From the NCBI RefSeq assembly GCF_006345805.1, contig NC_043013.1, positions 17,422,001-17,486,000 on the forward strand: 64,000 bases of DNA. The letters run 5' to 3'. How positions within the stretch are numbered: the stretch's first letter is position 1; every line of letters starts with the position of its first letter. The notes below the pieces were generated by a model. The model was given only the letters and a program-made list of their open reading frames with translations, was not told the DNA's origin and did no database searches. The stretch comes from Octopus sinensis (lineage: Eukaryota). The position numbers and the translations under genes were made by a program. Shown here in pieces: positions 11,200 to 23,444 of this stretch.

Positions 11200-13900
11200 A
11201 TTTTAATCAACCCCAGTAGAATAGTAATTTATTTTTGGTAGTGAGCCGTGCTGAAGAAGGATATGGGAAAAGATGTTATCCACACAGGTTTTTTTTATTT
11301 GCCCTCGTTTTTGTGAGACGTTACTTTGTAGCTGGCATCTTGCAGAGGAAGACAGAAGGAAAAAAAATCTCTATTTTGTTTTGTTGGTGATATTCTTTCT
11401 GTTGTTATTTTTTTGAAGAAATACATTTATATTTTAGAAATAAAATTTTGCTATTTTATCACCTAGATGGCTCGTTTTATTCGGGTTTGTCTGTTACCTC
11501 TTTGAGACAACATTGGCGAATGTTTTGTATATCAATAGAATTTATATGGAATAATTATTGGTCAACGATAGGAAAATTTTTGATAATTTTGTAAAATTTC
11601 GCCGTTTAGAATCTCGAATAATGTGTGTATACACACACACACACGATCTGTTCTGTCGAGTTAGTAGTTGGATGCTATATTATAAGCAGTTACGATTCCA
11701 CAGTTATGATTCCAGACAGTAATAGTAGTATAATAGTAGAGAAGTGTTTTCATATATGTAAAAGGGTGTATATAATTGTACAAGACTAGCGCAGAGTATG
11801 CAATGACAATTCTGTGGAAAAGTGTGTATACATAAATGTAATTTTTACCATCTCTTCTCATATTTTAATGACGAGTGTATATTATGGGGAATATATTGAC
11901 ATATATGTGTGTATGTATGTGTGTATACACACGCACGGACAAGCAGGTCAACGGAGCCGATATGTAGTCGTTCGACCTGCTAGAAGTAGCAACTTAACTG
12001 CTTTTAAATTATACTTTGCTGTCTTAACGAAATGAAAGAATAATGGCAGTGTTAAGATATTGTAATTGTGCTTGGTTAGTGTTGACCTAGACTAAACAAC
12101 AACAAATGTGGAATCTAGGATGTTTTGATACAGCGCCATCACTGTCACCCGTCTTTTGTTCTCTTTGTCTTAAAAGAACTGTTATATATTTGTGTGTACA
12201 CACCCACACTCGTTCTTGAGAATGATTTGGGCGTAGTGCTTGGATTGTTGATGTATTCAAGTAATTAATTTCGTTGCTTATCCTGTTGCAAAGAATATTC
12301 TAGATATATTTTTTAAAGGTTTATGGATGCAAACCATTTATAGAATATATTTCGTCTGTCGAATGTTTATGTACACACACACACACACATGTATGTGCCT
12401 CTTTATGTGCGTGTGTATACAAAAGGAAAAAAAAAAAGTTCTCATTCATTCGCCAAGTAGCTTATATATAGGAAGACAATCTGGATTTCTCATCACCGTC
12501 GCTCTGGGTTAGTTTAAAGGGTGGAGATACGTGGCTGCCATCCTTCAGACAGTATTCACCTTTCAAAATATTGTCTGAAGGATCGCTACCAATATATACC
12601 TCGTCTTTGAAAACTCCTAGTAACAATGGAATGAAGCCATTTACTCACACACACAGACCTTACTTATGAGCGTGTATGTATGTGTGTGTGTGTGTGTGTG
12701 TGTAATGACTATCGTTGTTGTTATCCAAATTCCAGTGATGGTGCTTCGTTTCTTTGTTAGAAACCAGCTCCTATCCACATCTGTATTGTGTGTGTGTGAT
12801 AGATAGATATCGTAGTAGTTGTACATACTATTGTATGTAATATTTGTAAGTCAGTTTTACAGGATGAGGAATGACTCCGAATCCGTTCACCTGTAGGAGG
12901 GCAAAATTTATCGACAGTGGGTAGGAATGCAGGCTGCGTGTACGTTTTCTATATATATACACATTCAATAACAACGTCAAAAAAGCACTTGCTAAACATT
13001 CACATTTCTATACAAAGATTTGATGCAGATATTTACATCCATCCATTCTTTGTTCTTTAGAATTAATATTTTCTGTTGCTGTTAACAGTTAATTACTGAA
13101 ACAACAGTTATCATTGTGCGTGTGTGTGTGTGTGTACACATACACACATTGCAAAACTGTTGATTTTTATTGACATGGAAAGGAGAGAGGGTTGAAACGG
13201 GGTAGGAGGTGTGTGTGTGTGTATTCTTAAACACGCGCATACACATTTATTTTCGTTGTCCTTTGAGGTTAAATACCCACATTTCTATTGAGACGGTTTC
13301 TGTCCCCTGTTTTTTAAGGTGGGTGAGGCCCTCTCGTAAGAACTTACGGTGTGTAGTTAGTTGTGTCTGGTGGATATGGCTGCGGGCTTGACCGTCTGGA
13401 GTTGAGAACATGTAGAGCGATGACATGGTTGGCGAAGTGCTTAGCTGTTGTCTATAGCAGTTTGTATTTAACCCTGTGCAAGCGCAACTATGATCACCGA
13501 CCATGACAACTGCCCCCACCCCCCGCACACACACATACTTAAATGTATTGTAGGTTTTTCTGTTTGTGTTTTAGTATCCCTGATCATTTTTAATCATTGA
13601 CTCTGTCTTTTGGGTCCTCCCCGTGTATTTGTGTGTGTGTGTGTATACACATAATATGAATGTGGATAAATATATGTGTGTATGTATGTATATACGTGTG
13701 TGTGTGTGGTTGTATCAAATGTATGCTGTAGTAGTAGTTCTCCGAGTATTTGGGTCTTTGAGCGTTTTCAAAAGCAACTAGTGTGTATGGAGAAATATAT
13801 GTATGAATGTATTATATTATTAATGTGTGTAATATAATATTTCGGCAACTGGGAAGAAAGAGTTATTTTTATTTTCTTCTTTCCTTTCTTTTATTCTATT
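11200..13900. promoter_or_regulatory. CpG-retaining block, candidate promoter or unmethylated regulatory region upstream of HGS
   Basis: About 26 CG in 12401-13400 by eye count, versus about 3 per kb in a sampled HGS intron (54401-55400). Confidence 0.45.
12524..12602 (-). ncRNA. Candidate pri-miRNA-like hairpin
   Basis: 17 bp core stem (12540-12556 with 12567-12583), 10 nt loop, and G-U-containing basal extensions that pair better on the minus strand. Confidence 0.3.
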
Positions 13901-14482
13901 TTCAATTTAGATTCGGAAAAAATTGGGTTGAGGAAATATATTAGGGGAGGGGTACATAAAGTGAAAGTACGAAGGGGGGTAAGACAGGAGGAAGGACATA
14001 ATTTGGAAAGTGAGTAGATGAGTGCAAGGGGGAGGAGTGTGCTGCAGAGAGAGAGGGGGGGAGAGGAGTGTGCTAGAGAGAGGGAGAGGATTACATAATG
14101 GATGAGTCAAAAATGAAATTTAATCTAATTTGGAAATGAATATCAGAAGATATTCGCTCATTATGCTAGAAATAACAGCAAAATTTCCTTAGAATTACAC
14201 TCTACAGTTTTGAAAGGGGAACTAAACCCAATGTTATCCTTAATATATATATTAAAAAAAGATGGGATGGTTGTGGCTGGACTACTATAGGGTTGCTGAA
14301 TAAGAGCTGAGCTAGGGCAATACAAGGATTCATATAATGTGTGTGTAATTCACAGCATCCAAAAAGATTAAAACTCAAAAATGGAATCAATGTAAGGAAG
14401 AGTGGAGTGAATATTAATTGTACAAATGTTTGACTTCCAAAATATTTGCTCAGAGGCAATCACACAGTATGCCTACAGATGC

Positions 14483-14882
14483 AGGCATGGCTGTGTGGTT
14501 AAGAAGCTTGCTTCCCATTCCTGTGGTCTTGGGTTCATTTCCACTCCATGGCACCTTGAGAAAGTCTCTTCTGGGCTGACCAAGGCCTTGTGAGTAGATT
14601 TAGTAGATGAAAACTGAAAGAAGCGGATGTGTGTGTGTGTGTGTTCATGTGTACCCTTATGACATCAACTGATGATTGTAAATGAGTATCACCATCATAC
14701 AAGCGATGTTCATTTCCAGTCTTTCATGGAAAACATGTCTGGCCATGGGAAATATTAATTTGCTTGGAAACAGGTGAGGGTTGATGACAGGAAGGGCATC
14801 TAGCTACAGAAAATCTGCCTCAGCAAATTCTATTTGACCCGTACAAGCATGGAAAAGTGGACTTTAAATAAGGCTGATGATG
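14483..14882 (+). mobile_element. Chimeric SINE: family A head and core with family B (RTE-like) tail
   Basis: GCAGGCATGGCTGTGTGG head, GGAAGGGCATCTAGCT...GCATGGAAAAGTGGAC...GATGATG tail; similar copies at about 29995, 33560, 51825 and 55880. Confidence 0.75.
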
Positions 14883-14910
14883 AGTGTCTGTCTGTGTGTG
14901 TATGTGTGTG

Positions 14911-15961
14911 ATTTATATATTTATAAATTTATAAAACAAGATGGAATGAACAGGCTTTAATCACAAATCACAACAATTGTTTCTGTGCAATGCTAACAGC
15001 TGTTAGTTACTGAGTTTTCCATATGTCATAAGGTGAGTGGCTTTGATAGCACTGCTGGATCATGTTCAGTTTCTCATTGTTTTATACCTCCATTGTATTT
15101 TTAGTATTCTTTCTCTACTAAGCAACTTATAGATTTGAATAGGCATAAGTCGTAAAAATACCAAATAAAGTAATGGCAATAAAATATTAGAAATATAAAT
15201 TTCATATTTTTAGCTAATTTTTCAAATTATATATTTAAAATTTTTTACTGTCATTACTTTATTTGGTACTAGCAGTATCGCTCAGCATTCCTCGGGTTTG
15301 TTTCGACCCTTTAGAATTGGAATTTTTGAAAAGTAAAAATTTTGCATTATGTAGCTTGTTATTCTCTTTAAGTGAACATTTTTCTGGTTGAAATACACCG
15401 AAAAATGGCGACACAGCAGTAAAAAAATCGTAAAAAATAGAGATTTTCATAGAAAAAAAGCACCTTTTTGATGTAAATAATTTTTGGTGTTAACATGGTC
15501 TGATTTGAATTTTTTTCTTCTATGGAAGGAAGAGCAAGCCTTCTTCTAGCATACTCTCAATTTTGGTCAACTTGCGCCACAGGGTCTCGGAGGAGATAGT
15601 GTTAGTTGAAGGCTACCAAACCTGCCTTACACAGACAGCTTCAGCTTTATATATAGAGAGATTTTTATAACTTACGTTTATTTGAATCTCAAAGTTACTC
15701 AGTATAGAGAAAATGCTAAAAATACTATGGGGTATAAAACGATAGGGAACTGAATCTGATCCAGTAGTGCTATCAAAGTCACTCACCTGATGATATGCCA
15801 GTATATAGTTGTTGCTGGATCATATTTGATTATTTATATATTTTATGTAGTAGTATATGGAAAACTCAGCAACTAACAACTGTTACCATTGCACAGAAAC
15901 AATCGTGATTGGTGATGAAAGCCTGTTCATTCCATCTTCTTTTATAAATTTTTATATAAAT
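14911..15961. mobile_element. Foldback or palindromic element with roughly 300 bp arms, interrupted by a Helitron
   Basis: 14911-15213 is the reverse complement of 15214-15268 joined to 15662-15961, apart from a roughly 64 bp indel; centre is TTAG|CTAA. Confidence 0.85.
15269..15661 (-). mobile_element. Non-autonomous Helitron, 393 bp
   Basis: Minus strand starts TC (TCTCTCTATATATAAAGCTGAAG), ends with a subterminal CCCGAG...CTGAG hairpin remnant and CTAG; inserted between A and T with no TSD. Confidence 0.85.
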
Positions 15962-18289
15962 TCTGTGCATACACTAACAGAGTTCCACATGTTATGAGGT
16001 AATTATTTAGATGATATTAAATATGTATGTATGTATTCCTCTGCATATCAACTTGGGCACGTCTTCTATCAAAGTCTTGGTTTCACCAAATCTTTGCGAG
16101 TAGATTTGCTAGACAGAAACTGAAAGAAGCCCACCATATACACGTGTGCGTGTGTGTGTGCATGCATGCTATTGTCTCCTTGCCATGACATTGTGTGATA
16201 ATTGTAAATGAGTGCTATCATCATGCAGGTAGTGTCCATTTCCAATTGTCTAGTAGTAGTAGTAAGAATGCTAGATGCTATGGACAAAGCCTAACGAGGC
16301 AGAAATGTACATCTAGCATTGTCACTGCTACTGCTGGTTGATTTCGTAGTTTCTACTGGTAGTTTTGTGTTTTTAAACACTGTATCTATTAAGGATATTA
16401 TCCCCAGATGAATACCACAGATAATTTTCTTGGAATGTGTATGCATTAAGAATGATACACAGATGGCTATTTATTTATTTTGCTGGTGACTGAAGGTGGT
16501 ATTTGAACTCAGAACACAGAGCTGGATCGGATGCCACAAATCATCCTGTTTGATGCTCTCGTAATTCTACCCATCCACAACCCTGGACTGTCATTTTATT
16601 TTATTGATTCTGAAAGGATGAAGGGCAGGACTTGAACTTGGAGCACAGATGGTCAAAACAAATGCCAGAAAACATTGTATCCAATACCCAGTCTCTGCCA
16701 ATTCATCCCTTTATTGATTATATTGATGAATGGAGAATTTTTTGACTGAATCTGAAAGTTTCAAGATCTGCTTTTTCCAGTTTTTGCACTATTAAGTTGA
16801 TGACAGACAGATCGCACTTTCATTTGATGCTACCTGATATGTTACATATAGTAGCTGTTCTTGTAGGAGGAATCAAACTTGGCTCCCGCAAGTCCAACAA
16901 CTCTATGGTGAGCTAGCTAAACTATCTGGAGCCAACAAGGGAACCTACTACATATAGCAACAATCCTCTCTCAAATCACTGCCTGTCAACTTTATAAAGG
17001 ACAGAAAATAAAGTACTGCTATATAACTCTGATTTGAAGTTTTTGGCTTTGATGGTTAGTGAGTTGGGCTTATGATCATAAGGTTGTGGGTTCAATTCTC
17101 AGAATGGGTGGCACATTGTGTCTTTGAGAAAAAACTACTTCATATCATGTTTCTCCAGTATATTCAGCTGAAAATGAGTACCAACCAAGTGCTGTCCTTT
17201 CTTCTTCTGTGTTGAGGGTTGGCAGGACCGAAAGGTTGTCTATGTTTGCTTACTGCATTATCTAGGACTATAAGCTCTATTGCTTTTTCTTCTTTTTAAG
17301 ATGGCAAGATGTAATTTGACTTTCGTTAGGTAATGCAACAATATAGACCAAAAGAACCATAGTACATTAAGATGACACAGTAAAATATTTCGTTTTATAA
17401 ATATAGAATTGATTGAAATAATTCACACCTCTCTCCTTTGCAGTGTCTTATATTTTGACTATGAAAAAAACCCCAACTATTTTGAATTCCTACAATTAAC
17501 AGCATTTAAAGAAGAAAAAAAAAATAGTGGTGACATGGTGATTAATATAATTTATCAAGTTTATAGCATTTGAGATTCCAAAGACCTAGACTTCAGCAGT
17601 GTGGCAATGCTTATTTATAGTTATAATTTCTAACATAAGTTGTTTTCTTGCATTCACTGTTTTAGTAAAATTTGTTCACATTCAGTATTGATACTCCAAG
17701 TACTTTGTTTTAGGTGATCTGACTATACTCTTGAACAAATAACCTCAGGAAATTTGTCTGTCTATCTCTTGTCTGTGTGTGTGTGTGTTTGAAACTGACT
17801 GGTCATCCTAAGTTCTCTGAATGAATGCACATGAGAAAAACTTGGAGTAGTGACCAAGTGAATTCTCAGTTTTAAACAAATATACTCTATTGCATGTAGT
17901 GAGTGCCTTTTCTCTTGTTTGTACACCCAAATATTTCTGTATGTGTGATAAGAAATTTGAAGAATTTTTATTTATAGTACAGGTGTTTTTATTTTGCTTT
18001 TTTTCTTGTATGTATGATGGAGTAATGTTGGTAGTGAATGGTAGAAAGGAATGGAAATGATAATGATGGAAGATAAAAGATTCTGTACATAAGAGACATC
18101 AGATCCTTGATATGAATAAGTAAATAGAATTGTAATTGTTTTGTTTGGTATAAAAGAGAATTTGCTGATTAGAGAGATTTCTAGCTGATATTTTTGCAGG
18201 GCACCTCCTCCTGCCCTATAGAACATGAAGACCATTTTTATATGTCCTTCCATTCCCCCTTGTCTTATGTACCCATTGACCAGCAATGT

Positions 18290-19095
18290 ACCTCCTTCCA
18301 TTGTCCTCCTGTCCATCATCAACATGTCCTTCCAGTTTTTTCTATCCTGTGCAATCAATCCTTTCAAGCAGATTCTAATTCTTTCAGTCTTGAATCAGCT
18401 AACCTCCCTGATCCAAGATGTTTTTTTCATAGCAGGAAATGTTTTTGAATTATTGGATTGCTAACCCTGCCTCCCTTTCCCAATCCTTCAAACTGTGTAC
18501 AGTTGTATATTGGTTAGTCTTACAACAGGTGATAGTTAACAAAACTTCTTCTATGCAGAGCAGTTTAGTGTAATGCTAGCAATATCAGAATCATCAGTAA
18601 ACTGCTTTGTTGGGTCATCTTACTGGCAGAGTCACCAACCATCAATTCAAGTACTTATGAAATATTTTTGCATTTCATTTGGGAACCTAGTTGTTTCAGC
18701 TTATCCTTCAAAATAGAATATCATTTTTTCTTTTAAAGTTTGTAGAGGTGATAGTATTTAGCTGGAGTTACTGTACACACCTGTCCTATGTGACAAAACA
18801 TATGATCATATACTAACTTTCTTCTTTGGCCCAGTCTTGTATCTTCTGTACCAAACTGTGGTTGTGGTGTGCATTGATATTGTGATTCTTTGACTCTAGT
18901 ACATCTTGCTTAGCAAAGAGTCATTGATCAACTTATTGTTTCAGCTGCCCTTATCAGTTTATCAACCCAAGCCAGTGGATCATGCTCAAGCACTTTCAAT
19001 GGCACTTCTGTAGCAATGATAAATGGCATTGGGGTTAATATTTATTCTCTTTATGCATCAACTCCCTCATTAAACTCACAGCTAATCAAGTTGTT
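18290..19095 (-). mobile_element. Old RTE-clade LINE remnant (RT fragment and C-terminus)
   Basis: Decayed translations PMPFIIATEV / DKLIRAAET (resembling PLLFIIVME / DDLVLIAE) and KKTSW...AQDRKNWKDML; many stops. Confidence 0.5.
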
Positions 19096-19132
19096 TACAC
19101 ATATATATTCAAGATAATTGGTTTTTACATCT

Positions 19133-19320
19133 TACTGGTATTTTGTCTGCCGTTACGTTCTGAGTTCAAATTCCGCTGAGGTCAACTTTGCCTTTCATCC
19201 TTTTGGGGTCAATTAAATAAGTACCAATTATGCACTGGGGTCGATGTAATCAACTTAATACCTTTGTCTGTCCTTGTTTGTCCCCTCTATGTTTAGCCCC
19301 TTGTGGGTAATAAAGAAATA
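19133..19320 (+). mobile_element. tRNA-derived SINE family C, 5' truncated
   Basis: 13 bp TSD GGTTTTTACATCT (19120-19132 and 19321-19333); body matches 32435-32671. Confidence 0.9.
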
Positions 19321-19744
19321 GGTTTTTACATCTCATTGCTGATAATTCATATCAACTCCTCTTACCCATCTCCTAATGGCCCTCCAGAGCACACTTTTGG
19401 TCACTCACCATACATATTGGTTTCAAATTTTGGCACAAGGCCAGCAGTTTCCAGGGAGGAGCAAGTTGATTAAATTGACTCCAGTGTTCAGCTGGTACTT
19501 ATTTTATCAACTCCGAAAGGATGAAAGGCAAAGTTGACCTCAACATGAAGATAGACGAAATACTGTTAAGCATTTTACCCAGTGCAGTAATGATTCTACT
19601 AGTTCTCTGCCTTACTCTGTTAAATATTACAGTATTATCCAAAGTGCACATCACTACAGTCCAGTAAACTTTACTGTGGGGAAGGAGGTATATCGATTTT
19701 ATCTCGCATTGCATTTATTGCATTTATAAGTTTAATCTTTTAGA

Positions 19745-19816
19745 TGCCTAAGACACCCTCTGGTACTACCTTTGCAGACTGCTAGGGGTCCATGGACCAC
19801 AGTTTGGGAACCACTG
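19745..19816 (-). mobile_element. hAT-like MITE end
   Basis: Terminus reads CAGTGGTTCCCAAAC on the minus strand, typical of hAT/Charlie-type TIRs; partner TIR not found. Confidence 0.4.
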
Positions 19817-22464
19817 GACTAGACTATAGTTTCAAGTATTATACACTCCTCAGCAGTCACTTATCTTACATTCACTGCTACTGTGAAATTGTATATAAAG
19901 GCCATTATTACATTAATGACTTTAACTGTTCTGTTATGTAACCAGTTTTCTCTCTCTCTGTATCTGCTTTCTATGTTAGCATGGTTAAGATTGGTCATGT
20001 GATATGAGTTAAATCTTTTTTGAAGTTACTTTCTTCCCATGTGTCAGGAGATAACATCTTGCTACCATCATCTGTCTGGTTTCCATGCTGGCATGGGTTA
20101 AAACAATTGAACAGATGAGTCAAAGGACTGTTTTTTTATGCTCTAACATCTACTTTGGCCTGGTTTCCATGACTGGATACTCTCCCTAACACCAGCCACT
20201 TTGCAGAGTGTACTGTGTACTTTTTTCATGGCACCAGCACTAGTGAAGATCACTTTGTAACTTGTGAAGCTCAGGGCTTAAAGTAGCCCCTATAACTAGG
20301 GAGATTAGAAGAGGGAGTGGGTGATGATTCTAGGTAGAGGAGAAGCATGATGAATGTAGGTAAAGAAAATGAGGGAACAGATTTCTAGTTACAAAGGATG
20401 GTAACAGTAGGAGTCACTTATTGAGAAGCACTATGGCAGAGAACAAGGGAAATGGAAGGAATTTCTGTCAGGGAAGGAATTATGACAGCAGGGGTGGGAT
20501 AGTGGAAAGCTGATTGGGTGGGCTGTGTGGCAGGGTCTAGGACTATCCTTTATTATAAGGGCAAGTAAGAACTCTTGTCAGTTTGTTTCAGATTATCCCA
20601 GCTCATTGCACCAAAGTCTCTTTCTGTTCCCATTTTAAACACTTGTGAAGCAGTACCCTCTGTCTGTCTGTCTGCTTCCCCCTCCACTTTAATAAAATCT
20701 GACAGCACTATTGTTTAAATATTTCGCCATTAGCCATTCATAAACATCATTTATCAGTTATTTTCAGAGACATACAACTAGATTCTAGTCAAACGACATC
20801 ATTGCTGTTCTAGTTAAGGTTAAATGATAGACTTGTTATCCAAACATTTCATTAAATATTTTCCAAATTGTTACCATATTTGATCACATAAAAGACTTCT
20901 AGGCATATTAGACATAGCCCATGTGAATGTAGAGTACTCTTTATACAGTAAAAATGACACCAACGCAAACCACAGCACATATCCAAGACCCTCAGAGACG
21001 TGCTTGGTAGTGCAATGAAAGCATGTATGAATAGTAATAAAATGCCACTGGCAGCATTAGCATGTATTTAGCTATTGTTGCTGGTGGTGGCTTTAATGAT
21101 AGCTTGAGAGTGGAGGTCAAGATGATTAAGAGGTCAGCCAGCAAGAGTTTAACTATGACACAAAATAATAGATGGCTGATTGACACTAGATGCCTGTCCT
21201 TCACCTGGAATTCCAGCTGTCTTGTGTGATTGAAGTGTTTAGGGGGTGAGATTGGTGCACCGAGACTATGGCTGTACACAAAGAAAGATTTTGATCAACT
21301 GACATGATTTCCACAGAACTAGCTTTTCCTACTGTATTCATTTTGTGTGAAAGTGTACCTTGAGACTTTGTATGATTATGGTTCTGTTGGTTATCGTGTT
21401 TTGACATATTGTCGAATAATTTATTTGCCCTGATATGGAAAAATCTAACAGCTGATAGATAGTAAGATCTAGAAGCTGACAGCAATTGTGATGTTTTGAA
21501 GTATAATGAAGAGAGAAGACTTTAACATGTGCATTTCATTACCAGCATTGTTTAACATTCATTCTCCATGCATGAGTTGGATGGTTTGAGAGCATCAAAC
21601 TCCAGTGTCACCTTTGGCATGGTTGCTGTGGCTGGATGCCCTTCCTAATGTCACACTTTATGGAGTGTATAGAGTAATTTTTTTTTTGTGCCACTAGCAT
21701 TAGTGGGGTCACCAAGTAATTTCAAGAGTTAGTATACACTAGTAATTCCTTGAAAATTTTTGCTGTTCCTACTTTGGTTCTACTCGTCATCCTCAGAATT
21801 CCCTACACCTCTTCTCCAGAGCTCTCTGCTCTACACACAGTTTTGAGTTAATGGCCATTCGACCAGCTAGAAATAGCAACCAAATTTATTCCAAATTGTA
21901 TCTTTCTGTCATATAAGACAGGACAGGACATATGAGATACTATGGTTACATAGCCTTAAACAAATTAGATGGCTATGGTTGGACCATCAGAGGTCTGCTC
22001 AGTTACAATAGAGCTGGACTTTATACAAGCACAAAAGGTTTCAGGTGGACAGAGCTTTGACAAACCCCTACCTCGACTCCTTGTGTAATGGTTTCTTCTT
22101 TTTTAGTGTTTTGAGACAATTACAGGAGTTGAAGTCTAGATAGCCTCCTGAATTCTTTTGGTTCTCATTGTAGAAGCTTGAAAATTAGATATGAAGGCCT
22201 GAAGGTGCTGGTTTGTAGCAAGTGAGGTATAAAAGCCCAACAGCATCAACAAAGGAGGAGGAGTGTCTTTGTATTTTTATGCAGAGAAAAGAAAATTGAG
22301 GCACATTTCATTGTGTTTTGCTGAACTTGTTTAACATTAACTTTGACTATGATTAATAACATTCCAGCCATTGTAGAAAATGGAGAGTATATTTTAGAAT
22401 AAAAAAGAACTTGATTTTGAAAAATAAAAGAAGTATAAAAAAAACCCATAATTTATGGGATGAC

Positions 22465-22511
<47 letters not shown>

Positions 22512-23359
22512 TAGATAGATAGATAGATAGATTATTAGGCTGATCCAAATTTTATTGTGGTATTAAGTAATTTTAGTTCCTTTCATCATCATCGTTTAAC
22601 GTCTGCTTTCCATGCTAGCATGGGTTGGACGATTTTGACTGAGGGCTTGCAAACCAGATGGCTGCACCAGGCTCCAATCTTGATCTGGCAGAGTTTCTAC
22701 AGCTGGATGCCCTTTCTAATGCCAACCACTCTGAGAGTGTAGTGGGTGCTTTTTCCGTGCCACCGGCACAGGGGCCAGTCAGGTGGTACTGGCAGTGACC
22801 TCATTCGAATCTTTTTGCACATGCCACCGGCACAGGTACCAGTAAGACGATGTTGGTAACGATCACTGTAACCAAAATACATACACATATTTTATATAAG
22901 TTTGTATGTGCGAGAAAGGGTGATGTTATAGCTTTCTCTACACTATTGTCTTGTTTGCAATCGGTTTGGAAAGAAAGTAGCAAATAAATGCATCTCCAAT
23001 AATTTATCATAAAATATGTAAATTTATAAACCTGTTCAACATGTCATGGAAATGAAATTGAGATCATTAGCAAATATCAGGTCTCTTTGTGTGTGTGTTG
23101 TAGAAAATCAATTAGCACTGAATACATGGTTGTGCTAAAAGTGTGTATGTGTTGGGATTTCAAATTTATACTTAAGTTTCATACAATCAGCCTTAACTTG
23201 GCTGCATTCTTCAAAAGGTATTCTTACACACACATAAACACTAAGTGTTGTCCTCTTCCTATACAGTTGGTTTTTATGAAATCTAGGTAAAGGTTTGAAA
23301 TCTTAAATTTGTCTCTCTGTCTATCTCTCTCTCTAATTATTTTCTTCCTTCTATTGCAG

Positions 23360-23444
23360 AGAAAGCAACAAGCCAGCTACTATTAGAACCAGACTGGGAC
23401 TCTATTTTAGGTATCTGTGACTGCATCAGACAGGGAGATGTACA
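23360..23444 (+). CDS. HGS: HGS exon 2 (numbered by homology), VHS start: (E)[27 protein letters not shown](Q)
   Basis: ttctattgcag|AGAAAGCA...GATGTACA|gtaagt; 85 nt, phase 1 to 2. Confidence 0.95.

Noticed and set aside
11262-11286. ATGGGAAAAGATGTTATCCACACAG|gttttt as HGS exon 1 (phase 1)
   Set aside because: Very weak donor and no similarity to the conserved F(E/D)xxL N-terminus of Hrs
20990-21490. Possible LINE endonuclease remnant (GGFN, FTW words)
   Set aside because: Two short words only, not enough to call
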